Positions 37,116 to 52,330 are shown, numbered from the stretch's first letter. The stretch: 64,000 nt of DNA from Cenococcum geophilum (GCA_050273025.1 CP158635.1:11160001-11224000), one strand, 5' to 3'. The notes: a model not told the origin generated them from the sequence alone. Program-made: numbers and translations.

Positions 37116-39769
37116 AAGTATAGATTATTGCGAATACTTTATAGCTTGCTATAAGTTAAGCGGATAGAGACTCTGGTAGGAATAGTAAAATATTATTTTG
37201 TTTTGCGATAGGCTAAATAAAGAGAGGCTAGAGTTTTAACCCTTTTACTAGCTTTTATTAGAACTCTTCTTTATATTTTTATTCTTTACTTATAGATTTA
37301 AGATTATAAAGTTAAGGCCACCGTATCTAACCGTTGCCTATATAGCCTTATTGCTTAATATTTCTTTATTACTATCTACCCCTATTTCTTAATCTTTAGT
37401 ACTAAAACTATTTTCTCCTTTATATAATGTCTCTGTATCCCATTCTTAATCCTTATTGCTAAAGTTACTTTCCTAACCAGCTAACGCCTTTATATTGCCG
37501 TCGTTATCTCTAAAGTCGATTTCTCTATCTATAAACGCCTACTTACTAGCTAATAATTTAGAGACGCTGCGCTTATAGGTACTTAGGGTTATAGGATACT
37601 ACTTAAGGAGAAATTATAATTAATGTTATTGGGATATAGAATAAGCCTATGGACCTCTAAGTACCGGCTACTTAGCGCCTTAAGTAAAAGATCTCCCCTA
37701 ACGCAAGGCAGATTAATAGAAGTTAGTTACTACCTATATAAGGCAGAGCGTTTATAAAGGGCTTAGCTAGAATGCTAATTAAACTACCCTATAGGCACTA
37801 ATAGCTCCTTTACTATAGATAGGGGGTTAATATATAAGATTAACTGGCTAGGATAAGTTTACTACTTAGGCTGTGTCTTGCACCAGAAAGGATAGGCGTT
37901 AAAAGTAGATTATATAATGCTATTCCTACTAAGAGAGGCGTTATTAGGGGTTATTGTTAACTTTTAGTTTTAGTTTATAACTTTATACAAACGCTTCTAA
38001 ACCCTACTAAGGCATATAGCGTCCGTTAGGGATTGTTAGCCGTTTAAATTTAGTAATAGCTTAGCTAATAGCTACTCCTAATAATGCCTTACTTATAGAT
38101 CGCTCTAGGCGCCTATAGTCTTAGGCGCAGACGATATATAAGCTAAGAGTAATTATAGTTACTAAATATTGCATTATAAACACTATATAGGGTGGAAAAG
38201 GGCGGCTAGTATACTCTGCCTTTTTATTCTGCCTTCTATCCTAACTCCGCCCTAGGAGAGAAATAGAATATAAACGTTATGCTCCCGGTTCTTATATATT
38301 ATTAAATTAACTTACCTTTAAACCTAACCTCTTAATTATATACCCCTTATAATCTTTATAGGAATACTAGATATTAAATATTATATATATTATCTTAACT
38401 AAGCTTAGATACGTTGCTAATATAACCTATAGGTCCTTAACTAGTGCTTATAAAAACATTACTATATGCTACTGCCCTGAGGGTAATATACCTAATTATT
38501 AACCTACTAGAAACCTTAAATTATCCTAAAATTGCATTAATAATAAAAATACAGCATCTAGTAGCGGGGAGGAGAAATAATTGTAGTTTTTTAACCCTAT
38601 ATAGAAATAGATACCTTATATACCTATTTAAACACCTAATAAAGTTAATCCTTATAAAAATAAAGATAATATAAAGGGCGATATATAAGAGGACACGGTT
38701 TAGGGAGGTGTATAAAAAATATACCTTAATTACTTTAGGGACTTAGAAGGCTACGGCAAAGCTAAAATAGGCTTACCTAAGCTAATAAAGGACTATAGTA
38801 AGGCCAAGATAAACTCGCCTTAACTAGTAGATATAGTTACGGTTTTTAAATACGTTTTGCCGGTAACTTAAGGTATATTTATAAGACCCTTATATTTATT
38901 TAGCAATACTAATAAGTAAGTAGAGAATAGCTTAACTAATCTTATAACGTTTCTTAGAGTTATATCTCCCTTATTTAAAGTATTAACGATTTCCGATGCT
39001 ATAATTTCGCGTAAATAATTAAAGTATCTCGTTTTATAGTTGCCTTCTTATTATATAATAAAGGACTAGAGATATCTCTAAAGCCCTAGTTATAAAGCAT
39101 TTATATCTACGTTTAGCCCTATTATAGTAATATACTAGTATCCTACTTAGGTTTTAGCTGTGGATATACCGCAAGAGAGACTTGTAATATACTATACTAA
39201 GAACCCTTAATTCCTCTATTGTTATGCTAAAATATATAAACCGCTTAAAGATGTTATAATAGAGATAGCTAAGAGGGTATTAGAGGATTCGCTAAAAGAG
39301 CTATTAGGGAGAAGGATATATAAGAGAAAGGCAGTTTATACCGGAGATAGAGGTTCTAAGAAGCCTAAGGAATAATAAATTTCTTATAAGGAAAGACTTT
39401 CGCAATTATATTTATCTCTTTTAGCATTTATTAAGAATTAAGACGTTAATTAGGATTTCTTTAGCTTAGTATTTTGTTTCTATCTAGTTGCTTCTATATT
39501 AAAAATCTCTTATTCTTGTCCGTATATAAATAAACAAATTCTTATATATTAGAATAAAGTTAGAAAGACTCGCTTACAGTATGTTTTAAAAGTCTTTACC
39601 ATTAAGAAATTTACCGCCTTAGCTTACTGCCTTTTAAATTTAGATATCCTCCCATTCTAGGGTTTAAGTTAACTCTAAATTTTATATTAATAGGGTGGGA
39701 ATATTAAGAATAAATATAGGATCTACCCCTTAATATTAGCCTAAGTTTTAACTAAAAACAAGATCTTAT

Positions 39770-39980
39770 TTTAAGAACTAGATCCAATTTTAAAGACTAT
39801 ATTTTAATTTTAAAGACTATATCCCGATTTCAGGTTCTAGCTTAAATTATAATCCTAAAAACTAGATCTAATTCTAGAGACTAGATCCTAATTCCTATTT
39901 TAAATATAGGTAAATTAACTACTATAAAAAAGGGCGCAATTTTAAAAACTAGATCTAGTCCTAGGAACTAGAACCTGTTT
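39770..39980. repeat. Dispersed short repeats (ACTAGATC[C/T]AATT-type)
   Basis: ACTAGATC-type motif recurs at ~39777, 39861, 39880, 39948, 39967. Confidence 0.5.
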
Positions 39981-40094
39981 TTAGAAAGGTTAACTATATT
40001 TAATTTTAATATAGTAGGCAAAAGTAGGCATATAGAATTGAGCCTAGTTTTATATATATATATATATATATATATAGTATTTAGTATATATTAC

Positions 40095-42530
40095 GCCAGG
40101 TTAGTAAACGCCATACTAACTGCGGTAAAAGACTATATATTAAAAAACTTCTCTAATTCTACCGCTGCTATAATTATAGACGCCTTAATTTTTCTTCTTT
40201 ACTAGACACGAAGCGACTTTTTTTTATAGAGGCTAATACTTACTAGTTATATAGAGTAGGGCGCAAGCTAGGCTAAGCTAACGCCACCTAAATCATTTTT
40301 ATATTAATCTCTTATTGGGCACCAATGCCTTAAGTACTTATACGCCTATTAGACTCTATAACTTATTTATATTTCTAAATTCTTTTTGCTTTGTTCTATT
40401 TAAGTATACTATCTACCTCTTTTATACCTCTTTAATCTCTTTATCGCGTAGAAGCTGTATACTTACTATTACCTACACTAGTTCTTCCTTAGCTAATAGA
40501 ATAGGCTACTAAATCTATTGCGTAAAATATAGCCTTAATTTACTTCCTAACTAGTATATTTCTTACTAGAACCTTTTAGGGCCTATTTTTATAACAACTT
40601 TAACGCCCTTACCTATAATCTTTAGGTCACTATTTCCCCCTACTTTAGGTCCTTTTTAATAGCATAAACCTATATAGAGAATATATACTACTCCCGGACA
40701 GAGCTTGGCTTTATTTAAATTTATACTATTTATCTACCGGCAATATATTCCCTCTTAGAGTCGTACCTTTATAAAATTTATTATATCTAAAAAGGTCTAT
40801 TAAAGCTAAACCTAGTTAAATAAACTTTAAGCTAACTTGGGATTTATATATAGGTTGAGGAAGGAGAAAAGCTAGACTATATATTATTCCATATATTTAA
40901 TGCGGTAGATTATAATTAAACAATAATATTTAGAGGCGTATTTATTAGGATCTCTAATTCTAAAGTACCTAAAGGCACTAGACTACTTAAAGATATTATA
41001 TAGGATAAATCGCATCCTGTTTTTACTAGGTGTAGGGTTAAGGTAATAAATAGCTAAGTAAAGATAATACCTAAGTCCGCTAGAGCTTAAATAAGTTATA
41101 CATTAAAACCGCCTCTTAATAACCGACTTAGAGGGTAATAGAGATATCTATATTTTCTTCCTTAGGAATTAGTATAGTTAAATATTCTATTATTAGAAGT
41201 TCTAGTCTTCTTTCCTTTTCCTATTAATTGCTGGTCTAGACTGCCTTAGAAAAAAAGTCGCCTAAAAGGGGGATATAATTAGTAGGCGCGTTTGTAAATA
41301 TATATTAAATTTCTACAGTATATATTGTTAGCACAGCCTTTAATGCAATAAAGGTAAATCCTACTTACGTCTATATATAAGCTTATTAATACGCCTCCGT
41401 TTCCTTAACCGATTTAATACTATAGGTTTTTCCCTATCTTCTATAGCGGCTAGTAGCTATTAGCTTTATACTTAAAAGTTCTCGCTAAAGTAGACCTTGC
41501 CTTTTAGGAACTTATAATATTTTTAGGATTCTTATAACGGCTTTTTAGTTCCTAAACTATTTAGTATATAATATATATTGGATAGCTATACCTAAATATT
41601 TTCTAGGTTAATCCGCTTAACTATAAAGTTAAACGTATCCTTTAATATTAAATTTACCGTCTATACAGTAGGGTTAAAGGCCGCTACCTAAAAAATTATT
41701 CTGTTAGGACTTAGGCTACAAATCCACTTATACCTTTTTTAGGTCGCCTGCTTCCTTATTTAAGTTATATCTAAATTAATAACTAAATCCTTTAGACCGC
41801 TAAAGAAAAGTACTATTTTTTTGTAAATATCCCTTAATTCTTTAAGTTCAAACTAGTAATAGTGTCTTTTTTATTCTCTTATGCCTAATTTAACCGCTAT
41901 TTACCCTCCTTATAAGCTAACTCTATACGTCTTTTTTTAAGTGCTTTAATCTTTACTAGGAGCTTTTCTATAGCCTTAAAAAGCCTTATACCTAAATCCT
42001 TAATTATTTAATAGTTGCTTTTTATAGGATGCATGTAAGAGCGTGGGACACTATTAATAACCTATTTAAGCTTCTTAGTAAGGTCTACAAGTTATAAGAT
42101 AAATTTAGTAGTCGCTATATTAGGGGTTAATCTAAACGTCGTAAACTAGGCTAGGAAAAGGAGTAGTTCTAAATATCTCTTTAAGGACGATTAGGGGCGG
42201 GGGCTATTAAGAATATTATTATCTTGTATATATCTGCAAGCTTTTATTATAGTTAGGTAACTAAGGTAGCTAAAGGGTAATATACCTAAGTTTTATAAGC
42301 CAGGGTGTAATATATCTGTTTACCCCTTCCTTACTATTTAGTGACCCTAAGTTAGGTTAAGACCTTTACTAATCTTTACTACCTATAGCATATAGCGGGA
42401 ACTTCTTTATACGTAAGAATAAAAATATAGAGCGAGTGGCGTCTTTTTATATTTATACGGTCTAGTAATTTGGATTTAGGCTGCCTTTATACGCAACTTT
42501 ATATTTTATATCGTTTACAGCCTAGCTTAA
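40095..42530 (-). pseudogene. One or two RIPed hypothetical-protein relics (cargo)
   Basis: Readable de-RIPed peptide, e.g. RCKWIRGLSPDGIISWAAAFNPTVWTANSMSKDTFDFVVERI (~41735-41610). Family not identified; boundaries are approximate. Confidence 0.35.
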
Positions 42531-43688
42531 GTCTACGTACGCTCTTATTACTTTAATAAAAATTATTATATAGCTTGGCCTTATAGACATGCATATATAA
42601 CCTCCGCTTAGTATTTTACTAACTAATACGTAGATAGACTATTAAAGGCCTCTAAGGACCTCTAAAGACTTTTAAAGCCCTTTAAAGACCTCTAAAGGCT
42701 AGTAACTATAATACATCTGCTAAAGGCAAGCAGTATATAACCTACCCCTTCTATATTATTAATAATTTAACTACTACTCTTAGATACCTATTTTTATAAT
42801 GGTTATATCTAATATGGGCAAAACTTTAATCTATTGGGTTCTAATAGTAGGGGAAACTATCTTTAAGGAAGAGAAAAGAGGAAAGGTCTCCTATATAGGA
42901 TAGAAAGAAGAAAATTTAAGAGAGGTAAAGGTAAGTAATTGCCTATATATTAGGTGAGCAGGTCCCTAATATTTTAAAGATTTATAAAATTATCGCTATT
43001 ATATATATTGTGCCTAATATTCGCCGGCTTATAGTTCCTATACATAATTTATTTAATTAGCTATTTTTAGGCAAACCTAGTTACTATAGTAGCAGAGTAA
43101 TTCTAGCAGAATTTAAGTATAAGGGAGTATTAACGAGGTCTAGAGCCTATTCTGGTAATATAGCGTTTATAAAAGGTAGAAAGGAAGCTTTAGAGCAATT
43201 AAAGATATATATATAGGAGCTTAATAAAGCCACCTGGGCTACCGCGCCTCCTTTTATATTTAGATTTATATACTAGGCTAGGCCAATACTTATAGCAGCT
43301 ATAGTACTTCCGTATAAGTAATAGTATCTTCTATAGTTATAGGCCTATATTCTAATAAATATAACTAGATAACCTAAGGTGCCTACTACCCTCCTAAAAC
43401 CGTAATTACGGATAACTAGTGCGTAAATAGCTTTTATTTCTATATGGGGCATAAGTATATATATTTACTTACTCCTATAATAATAAGGCCTATATAGTAG
43501 GCTATAGTGGGGGCAAATTACTAGTAGATCTGAGAACAGAGAACGGAAGCTATAGGGTATTAGTTTTTGTAGGGAAGAGGAAAACATAGCTATAGGCTTT
43601 TATAGGGGGGCAAAAGCTATATAGGAGTATAAGCTATAAGGGATTAGTTCCTATAGGGTAGTGAAATATATAGGCATTAGCACCTATA

Positions 43689-43990
43689 GGGGATTCGTTA
43701 GAGTAAGGGATTTGTTAGCATAGGGGATTTATTAAAGTAGGGGATTTATTAGAGTAGGGGATTTATTAGTATAGGGGATTTATTAAAGTAGGGGATTTAT
43801 TAGCGTGGGGGATTTATTAGTATAGGGGATTTGTTAAAGTAGGGGACTAAATCCTATAGGGGATTTATTAGAGTAGGGGATTAATTCTTATAGAGCGGTA
43901 AAATATATAGGCAATCGCTCTTATAGGGGATTTGTTTAAGTAGGGGACTTATTTAAGTAGGGGATTAGTTAGAAGATAGGATTAATTCTT
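43689..43990. repeat. 17-bp minisatellite GGGGATTT(A/G)TT(A/G)(A/G)AGTA
   Basis: About 12 adjacent units at 43689-43890 plus degenerate units to ~43990 and upstream from ~43640. Confidence 0.85.
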
Positions 43991-44280
43991 TTATAGCCTC
44001 TATTTAGGCGGTATAAAGTAGCTTCTAATAGGCTAAAGAGTGGATTACGCGCTTTATAAAAAAATAAAGCCTATATAGAATAATAGGGTATAGGGACCTA
44101 ATAATCTAGCGGAAGATTAGGTTATCCACTCTCCTAGGTTTTATTTAGCCTAGGTAACTCGCCCAACGCTATTTTATATGCGTTTTAATTAAGGCTATTA
44201 CCTAGCCTTAGCCGCCTAAATCTCTACAAAACTTTAACTCGTGTAGTAGAAGAATATAAGATAATAAAATGTTATTTTAT

Positions 44281-46660
44281 CTACTTTACTAATACCTCTA
44301 GATCCTTCTATACTTACTAAAGAATCTCTTTTATTTAGGAATAAAGCGCCCTATCTTCCTTCTCCCACTTCCTATTTATTAGGAAAACTACCTTCCGTAC
44401 CTTATTAACCTATAGAACTAGCGGCTAGTAGTAAGGTATAAATACCTTAGCTATATGGTTAAGAAAATACCCTTTTCTATTTACTAGCCCTAATTTTAAC
44501 TTAGCTAACTTAGTGGTATTCTTATAGTTCTAACGCTTAAACTTAGTTGGACCGATATCTTTACCTAGCCTATTATAGTGTATATATATCTAGAAAAGCA
44601 CCTAGAAGAACAACTCTAGATTATGCCTAAAGGAGTATTTCTTGCCTAGAAGCACTTCTATAGCTATAAACGCTCTTATACTAGTCTTACCCTATGCTCC
44701 TAAAGGTCCTTCTCGCTTCTCTTTAATCGCGAAATTAAAATCAATTAAGAATGCCAGCTAAGAAGGATTGTTATCTTCCTCATTTATTATAAGGTTGCCT
44801 ATTAAAATGTTATATTAGATAATGCCAGCCTGCGTATATAAAGACTTATATCCTTTAATGCCACCCTTTAGTATAGTAAGCATTGTAGCTTAAGAGCTTG
44901 CCTTGTAAAGAGGCTTTTTATAGTTATTAGTAATAACGCGTTAGTATACGCAATTCTATATAATAAGGCGCTTAGTTAAAGAGGTTAAATATAGGCGCTT
45001 ACTGGGCGGTAATAGGGCGCTATAGCTAGAAGACCTCTTTCTGCTAGAACTTTTACCTTTTCTTATACTTTTTTATACTTTAGCTAGTTTATGAGGTATT
45101 ATTAAGCCTTCTAGCTTATAGTTTATCGCTTTTATAATATTTAGCCCCTTATAGATATTAAAGATATTATTATCTTATTCACTTACGCGAATAGTCTTAT
45201 AGTAATAGTACCTGGCTACGTTAATTACTCCCTTCTCCAATATCTTATATAGCAGTTTGCCTTCTTTCTTACGCTCTAGGTACTACTATAAGTCTTTAAT
45301 AATAAGGGGTATCTTAGGTATCCCCTTACGGTGTGCTTTCTAGTAAGTAGTTGCTTAACTAGTAATATAGCGTACCCGCTTTATAAGTTTGTTAAGAATA
45401 AGATACTTAGTTTAATTATTACGCACGACCTTAATATATTGCTTACCGTCTAATATTAGAATAGTAGGGTCGAACCTAAGCTGCTCCTTATTTATTTAGA
45501 GAAATCCCAACATTACCAAGGTAAATTATAGTCCGTTTTTATTAATATTAAATAGTAATAATGCGATACCTTCTACCCGGTTATACTCCTATAGCCGCAT
45601 AATAAATCTATAGAGGGTAAAACCTAGGATAAAGTAATAAGTGTCCTAAGCGGCGAAGACTTCTCTTACGTATTTTCCTAAATTAAACTATGCCTATGAG
45701 GCTATATCGGTATTTAGATTACTCTTTAGCTCTCTTAGCATAAGTATATATAACTAATAGTATTAAGAGCTTTTGCTAGCTATTAGATTATTTATAAAAC
45801 CAATATTTAGCTTTTACTTTACTATAGACCCTTATAAGGGCTGCTTAGTGTATATAATAAGCGTTCGTTATATCTTTAGGGCGGACCCGTACTTCTCTAT
45901 AAAGCCTAAAAATGATTTAATTAGGTTATTAAACCACTCTAAGATATTATCTTGCTCTGTACTTCTAGGCTAGTCACGCTAGCCGCCCTTAGCATATAGT
46001 AGATTATCCCCTTCCTTATATTTCTTAAAAACGGCGGCGCTTACCTATTTAAGACCTTTTACTCCCCTAAAAAATGCTTTATATAAGCTAGAAATCCCTA
46101 TATAAAGAGGGCCTAGCTCCTCCTTTAGAATATAATCCACGTATTTCCTATATTTAGACGAGTTAGTAAAGCTGCTTATGTTATATAAATATAGGGTTTG
46201 AACGTAGAATGGTAGCGGTTAGGGAAAAGGCGTGGACTTTATTATAGTAGTATACGCCTTTTCCTAGATAACCTTGTTAGGTTTAATGCGAAGGATTATA
46301 TTTAGAAGAGGTAAGAACTGCTTAATATTAAAGTTATTAGAACTAACCGCTAAATTAAGTCTAAATAGATTAATAAAAAGACTTTTGTTACCGCCGTTAG
46401 ATGGCAATAAATAAGAAGCGGGAAGGCCCTATAGAGCTAGTATTAAATTAAATAAAATATTCTTTAGTTTTATAAGTATTAGATTAAAACTTATAATAGG
46501 TATATTAGTAATTACCTTTATTACCTATTTAGTATAATAAGTTTAAAGAGCTAGAGATATCTAGATCCTAATAAGCTAAGTTAAATAAATTATAAAAGTT
46601 ATTTAGTTCTTCTCTAATAGGTTTTGTTTTAATTATCTCTAATTAGGAGAAATTTGCTAT
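44281..46660 (-). pseudogene. Fungal-type protein kinase (FunK1 / Pkinase_fungal), RIP-inactivated
   Basis: De-RIPed EIIKTKPIGEGL (start), QTP..NTSSFANSSEHRKYVD.ILKEELGPLY (46205-46100), GELKSN (45735-45718), IKDSWQYPER (45300-45270), GII.CDISIGN (44827-44795), FLIDFDFA (44750), GKTGTRAFMAIEVL (44692-44652), HSFRHDLESFFWVL (44637-44596). Confidence 0.85.
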
Positions 46661-49600
46661 TATAAGTAAATACGCTAAGAGCTATATTAGGAGGGCCGAC
46701 GTAATAGGCGGGTAGGTAGATAAGAAGGGGAGATTAAAGAGGCTAGTATATAACGGATGGTATAATAGTAGATAAGTATAGGGAGGTTAAGTATACGTTA
46801 GGCGCGTCTTATAATAAGAAAATAACTAGGGAGAAAAGTATAAGGAAGAAAGTAGGGTATAAGCAAACATAAGGATTAAAGATTAGGTGTAGAAAAGTTA
46901 AGCTAACCTAATATAGCTTAGACTGAGGCTTTATAGGGCTTAGCCTAAATATAGGTAAGTAGTATTTTCTAGTCTATAACTAATTATATTTATTAGTTTT
47001 AGTTTATTCCGCGACGTATAAGGCTTTAATATAATAGGGCTCTTATACAGCGAGGCTAAAGAGGGGCTAGAGAAAGGGTTAACTATAGAGTTGGTTATAT
47101 AAGCGCCTATAAATAATTACGTGGCTAGTCCTAAAACGAGCTAAACCTAATATGCTAAATATAGTTCTATAACCGCCTTTTACGCAACTAGTAGTAAAAG
47201 GCTAAGTTAAATAGGATTACCTTTTTATACTTAAGCACTATATTCTACTTCCTGTAGATATTTTTAAGTGCCTTTATAATTTCCTGTTTTAATACTAGGA
47301 TTAGTAAAAAAAGTATAGTTCTTTTTATATAATTTCCTAATTATATATAGTGTATTCTTAGTATAGCAAAATTTAATAGCTAAGCCCCTAAATAGATTAA
47401 CTAACTAACGCTTAGTACTATAAAAGGCCTAGGCTTAGTAAACGGCGTACACTAGCCTACTTAGTAAGAGCTCTTTTATAATAGCTTGGCCCTAAACTTA
47501 AGCTAAATATATTTATAAATTGTCATTTTATCTAAATTCTCTGCTAAACTCCGCCGTAACTGTTCTATTATAGTATAATGGAATTTAGCTCTAATACGGT
47601 TAGGGTATTTTACTAAAGTATATATCTAACTACTCTTTTAGTATTATAAAGAGGGATAAAGATAACAATCCTAACGCTTATATACTACTCTAGTAGTATT
47701 ATATTATATTCGCCTATTCCCCGGCTAGGATTTCCTTTAAAGTTCCCTTATAGATAGCTTTTATATAAAATTAAACAATCCTATTACGCGACTTACGTTT
47801 ATCCTCTATATACTATCCTTTTATATACCGCCTATTTTAGTTTCTATTTTAGATAATTTTATATTCTACGGCCCTTATTTCTTCCTCCGTAATATTATTT
47901 TATCCTTTAGGGAAATTTTAGAGGCGGCCTAGTAGTAGAGATCTAAGCTTAATCCGGGCTTAGTCCTATTTATAGTTAATCTAAAAGATAGTCTAGATAG
48001 GAGAGAAACCTATCTTAAAGTCTTTAAATTCTTTTTACTATTCTATACTATCTACCGTATATTCTATATTATTAGTAAACTCCCTTTTATTTACTAGGAT
48101 ACGCTATATAGATAGTTAGAAAATATATATATAAAGAAAGATTTTTAGATAATCTTAATATTCTAGTATAGGGACTTCCTCCTTTATTTTAAACCCGCAT
48201 TTAGTATAGAAAGTCTTACTACCTACTATAGAAGAAACGCTAAGTAGAATACTATTAAGAACTAAAATCGCTTTAAACTAGTACGTAAAGGCTTTAGCAT
48301 ACTTACGCCCCTAGTATTTTAGGTATAGTGCTAGCATTTAAAGTATGTAGTAAGGCCCAGATTTATAAAGCTACCTATTATTTAGGTAAAAAGTTTAGAA
48401 TTAATTTTAATATTTAAGGGGGCAAGGTATTATACTTTAACTTAGCTAAATTAGTATATTTTGTATAGAGTAATATAGCTTCTTTACTCTTGTCTCGCTT
48501 TAGGTTTAGGACTTCCTCTTATAGCTTATTAATATCTACGTCAGTATTAATAAAGCCCTATAATCGCCGTAATACTTAGTAATATTTACTTTCTAGCTAG
48601 AACTACCCGCTCTAATTAAAACCTTTTAGTAGGGATAAGATCGCAATACTAATAATTATAGACTTAGTATTCTCTATAGGCGGATATATACTTTTAAGTG
48701 CGTTATAAACCATCTTATATATATTATTTTTAAAAGCATTATCTATAATAAGTATAATTCTATTTAGATTTTCAATTTCTTATCTAAAAAGGTTTTTAAA
48801 GCTTATTAGTATATCTCCTAGAAATTTGGCATAGTATAGTCTCTAATATTACTATATAGGGGAGGAAAAGTATACAGCAGTAGTAATAAGTGCCATTAAT
48901 TTTGCCTTAGAGACCTTCGCCTTATAAAAACGCCCTAAAATAGGCGCTTTAAATATTACTAATTAGCTTTCTCTCTATATAGGGAGAACGTGACTTAAAA
49001 AAAAGCGGTGGGAGAAATAGTTTTAAAAAGTATATAAAGATTAAAAGGACTCTAGAGATTGCTATAAAGTAAAGAAAGGGTAAATATACTTAGTGTAGGC
49101 TAATAAGGTTTAACTCCTATAGACTAATTACTAGATTATACTAGGAATTGTAGCGTAGGGGTTAGAGCTAAGTATCCTTTTATATTAGTCTATAGTTATA
49201 TAATTTCCAATTATATAAAAGAAAGGGAGTATTATTTATAAGATAGGTTTGCTAGTTGCTATTATAAGGGCATAAAATAAATATATCTTAACGTATATAT
49301 AGGGCGAAAATTAATAAACTTAGGTGGTTAGGGTAGATAAGGGGCTATACACTCAGTCCTAGAAGTAAGGACTCTAATAGTATACATTCCTATAACGCAT
49401 CTCCTTTATTATCTCCTATCTTAGCCGCGTATTAAGTAGTATATATATACTATAAATTCTAAAATAGCTCTAATATTAGAATCCATATATTGCCTATACT
49501 TCACCTAAATGGAAAATTATTATTATTACCTTATAAAATGTGCGACTATATTTAAATAACGCTTAAATACGGCTATTTTATTAATAGAGTAAAAACGTAG

Positions 49601-51759
49601 TATCTAAAATACTAAGAGACCTATAAACTATATCCTTTTAATATTATAAAAATATAAGTATAGAGACCTTCTAATCTAATCTAGGGTTATTGCTTACGGC
49701 GTAATTTAGAGATAACTACCTAGATAGAAACTGCCGTAAGCTTTTTAAAGCAGCTAAAAAGATTAGGCGATTGGCTTATTAAAACGCATAGTAGACTATT
49801 AATTAAAATTACAGATAGAGTAGAGGATATAATTTAGCTAAAAGGTATTATAAGGAAACTATTTAAACTAGCCAGACATTTTTATATTAGGGTATATTTT
49901 ATAAGTCTAAACCTTTAAAATTTTACCTTTTATATTAACTCCTTTTGCAATCCCTTAGCAATCTTTTAGTAATCCTATTATAGCCCTATAATAACCTTAT
50001 AAGACTTTTATAGAACTTCTATAGGACTTCTTTAGCACTTCTATAGGACTTCTATAGGACTTCTATATAAATCCCCTAGCGATCTTATAGTAATCCCTAG
50101 GACCTCTATCTCTAAAATCCACTTATTATTTTAGAGGACAGACGTTAGCACCTAATTAAGGTTATTTTCCCTCTAAACCTAACCTTTCTTATTTTTAAAC
50201 TAAGAGTTTAATACCTACTAGACCTCTAGTTACCCCCAGTTTAATTAAGGCACCAATTTTATAGCCCCTACTTTATAACTAGCACGCTCCTCTAGATTTT
50301 ACTATTAGTATTTTACAGTATACAAGAATTTAAATACTTCCCTAAGGATATTATTTTAGCTTAAGCTTAAGCTTAAGTCTTTTTTAATCTTAGCTTAAAG
50401 TAGTTAAATCTAGTAAGCGTTACCTAGAGGGTTAACGAAATAAGCTTATATATATTTAAGCCAGATATATTAGATGTTAATAGTTAGTTATTAAAGTCGA
50501 TATATAATAATATTTATTAATCTTACTAAGTAAAGCATTACGTGTACTAGAGGCTTTAGATTATAGCTATACCCTACTAAACCTACCCTACGCGGCTTAA
50601 AATTTTAAGTAGTAAAACGGTAACCTTAAACTAATGGTAGAACGACTAAGTAATAAGTATATAGATATTAAAGTCGTTAAACATAGCGGGTAAGGGCTCT
50701 CTATAAAAAAGATCTTAGTAAGGCTTTATAAGCTTTTATAAAAGACGGGTTTTTTATTCTTAAAAGAGCTATAAGTATTAATCCCCCTTTAGCGGAGTTA
50801 TTAGAGTTATTAAGCTTTATTAAAAGGGAGATTATCTTAAATAAGGTAAGCTATTTTTAAAGTTTATAAGCGAGACTAATATCCCTTTAGGCTACTAAAA
50901 TAATACTTTTCTTGGCTTAAGATAATAGCTTTTATATTACCGCCTGCCTTTTATCTAAACCTACTCTAACCTACAAAGAGTTAGGGCGCGATTATAAATA
51001 GGAAAAAATGGCTTCTGCTAAAGATCTTATAGGGGCTATATACTATTATTTAGGAGGAGATTAAAATATTATATAGATATTCTAGGTTAATGCATATTCT
51101 TATAGGGTAGCTACTAGGAAAATAGTAAATATTAAGGCTAATAGAGGTAATATATATGTACTCTTAAACCCTATAAATATTTTCACATTTACTAAACTTC
51201 CTCTAGCTTTATTTGCTATTACTAGCTATTATAATTAAGACCTTTCCTTAAGAATAAACTACCTTCCCTAGTATACGTAATTGTGGTTTTATATATATAG
51301 ACTAGGTATCCTAGGCGCGAAGTACTAAATAATTAAACTAGTAATAAGATTCTAGAGCAGTTTAGAAATAATTGCTCTAAAAGTAGTAAATATATAGTTT
51401 AAAAGCGGTAACTATATTAAATGGTATATAAAAGGAATAAAGATTATTACTTATAGCTAGCTATAGATTCTCCTATATATCCCTCTACTAAAGTATTAAA
51501 TATTACTTTAAGCCTAGACGAGAACTAATAGCGTATAATTAAAAGTGGATTTAGTTTAAAAGGGGGGCAATTTAGTAAGCTTAGGAGGCGGTTTTATAAG
51601 TTATACTAATACGCTTTAGTTAGTGCTAGGCTATAGCGGGGATTTTAAAAGGCTTACGCTAGGCCTATAATATTTAAGTCTAGATTAAAGAGTAATATAT
51701 TCATTATACTAAGACCCTTTAGGGAGAATAACTGCTATATTAACTTTAATAGAAGGTTA

Positions 51760-52330
51760 AAGGGTGTTATATTAAACGTATTCTAATAAAATAACTATAC
51801 TTCTGCTAGAGAATTAGAGGGTGCCATATTTAACGGGTTTAAATCATCTTAGGAGAATAGCGGCTGCATTAGTTCTAGTAAATTGTTAAAGGGCGTAGCA
51901 TTAAATATATTTTAGCAAAATAACTATACTTGCCCTATTGTATTTAAAGTATTCTAGTTATCCTATAGGGGCGGCTACTATATTAGCTCTTGTAGATTAT
52001 TAATAGGAGTAGCATTAAACGTATTTTAATAAAATAACTATACTTACTCTACTAAAGAATTAGTGGCTACTATACTTAACGAGCTTAAATTACCCTAGGA
52101 GGATAGCGGCTGTATTAGCTCCGGTAAATTATTAAAGGGTATAGCATTAAATGTGTCCTAATTGCGATTAAAGGGCGTAGCATTAAACATGTTTTAATTA
52201 GGTAGCTACACTAGTTCCGTTAAAGAACTTAAGGGTGCTATACTTAATATATACCCGAATAGCTTTTTATATAGCTATAATACTAATTCCTTAAACTCTA
52301 TTTAAGAACTAGAGGGCGTTGCCTTAAATT
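51760..52330 (+). repeat. Degenerate internal repeats (GGGCGTAGCATTAAA motif; ~250-bp duplication) in a RIPed cargo gene relic
   Basis: AGGG(C/T)GT(A/T)GCATTAAA-like motif at ~51761, 51890, 52005, 52137, 52172, 52314. Segment 51775-51905 is repeated at 52015-52150. Confidence 0.6.

Noticed and set aside
40030..40076. (TA)n microsatellite
   Set aside because: Ordinary in RIPed AT-rich DNA.
40095..42530. DUF3723 assignment for this cargo relic
   Set aside because: I could not find the expected CLHGxHR-type motif, so it is left as hypothetical.
43689..43990. CRISPR-like array
   Set aside because: Adjacent tandem units without unique spacers, in a eukaryotic context.
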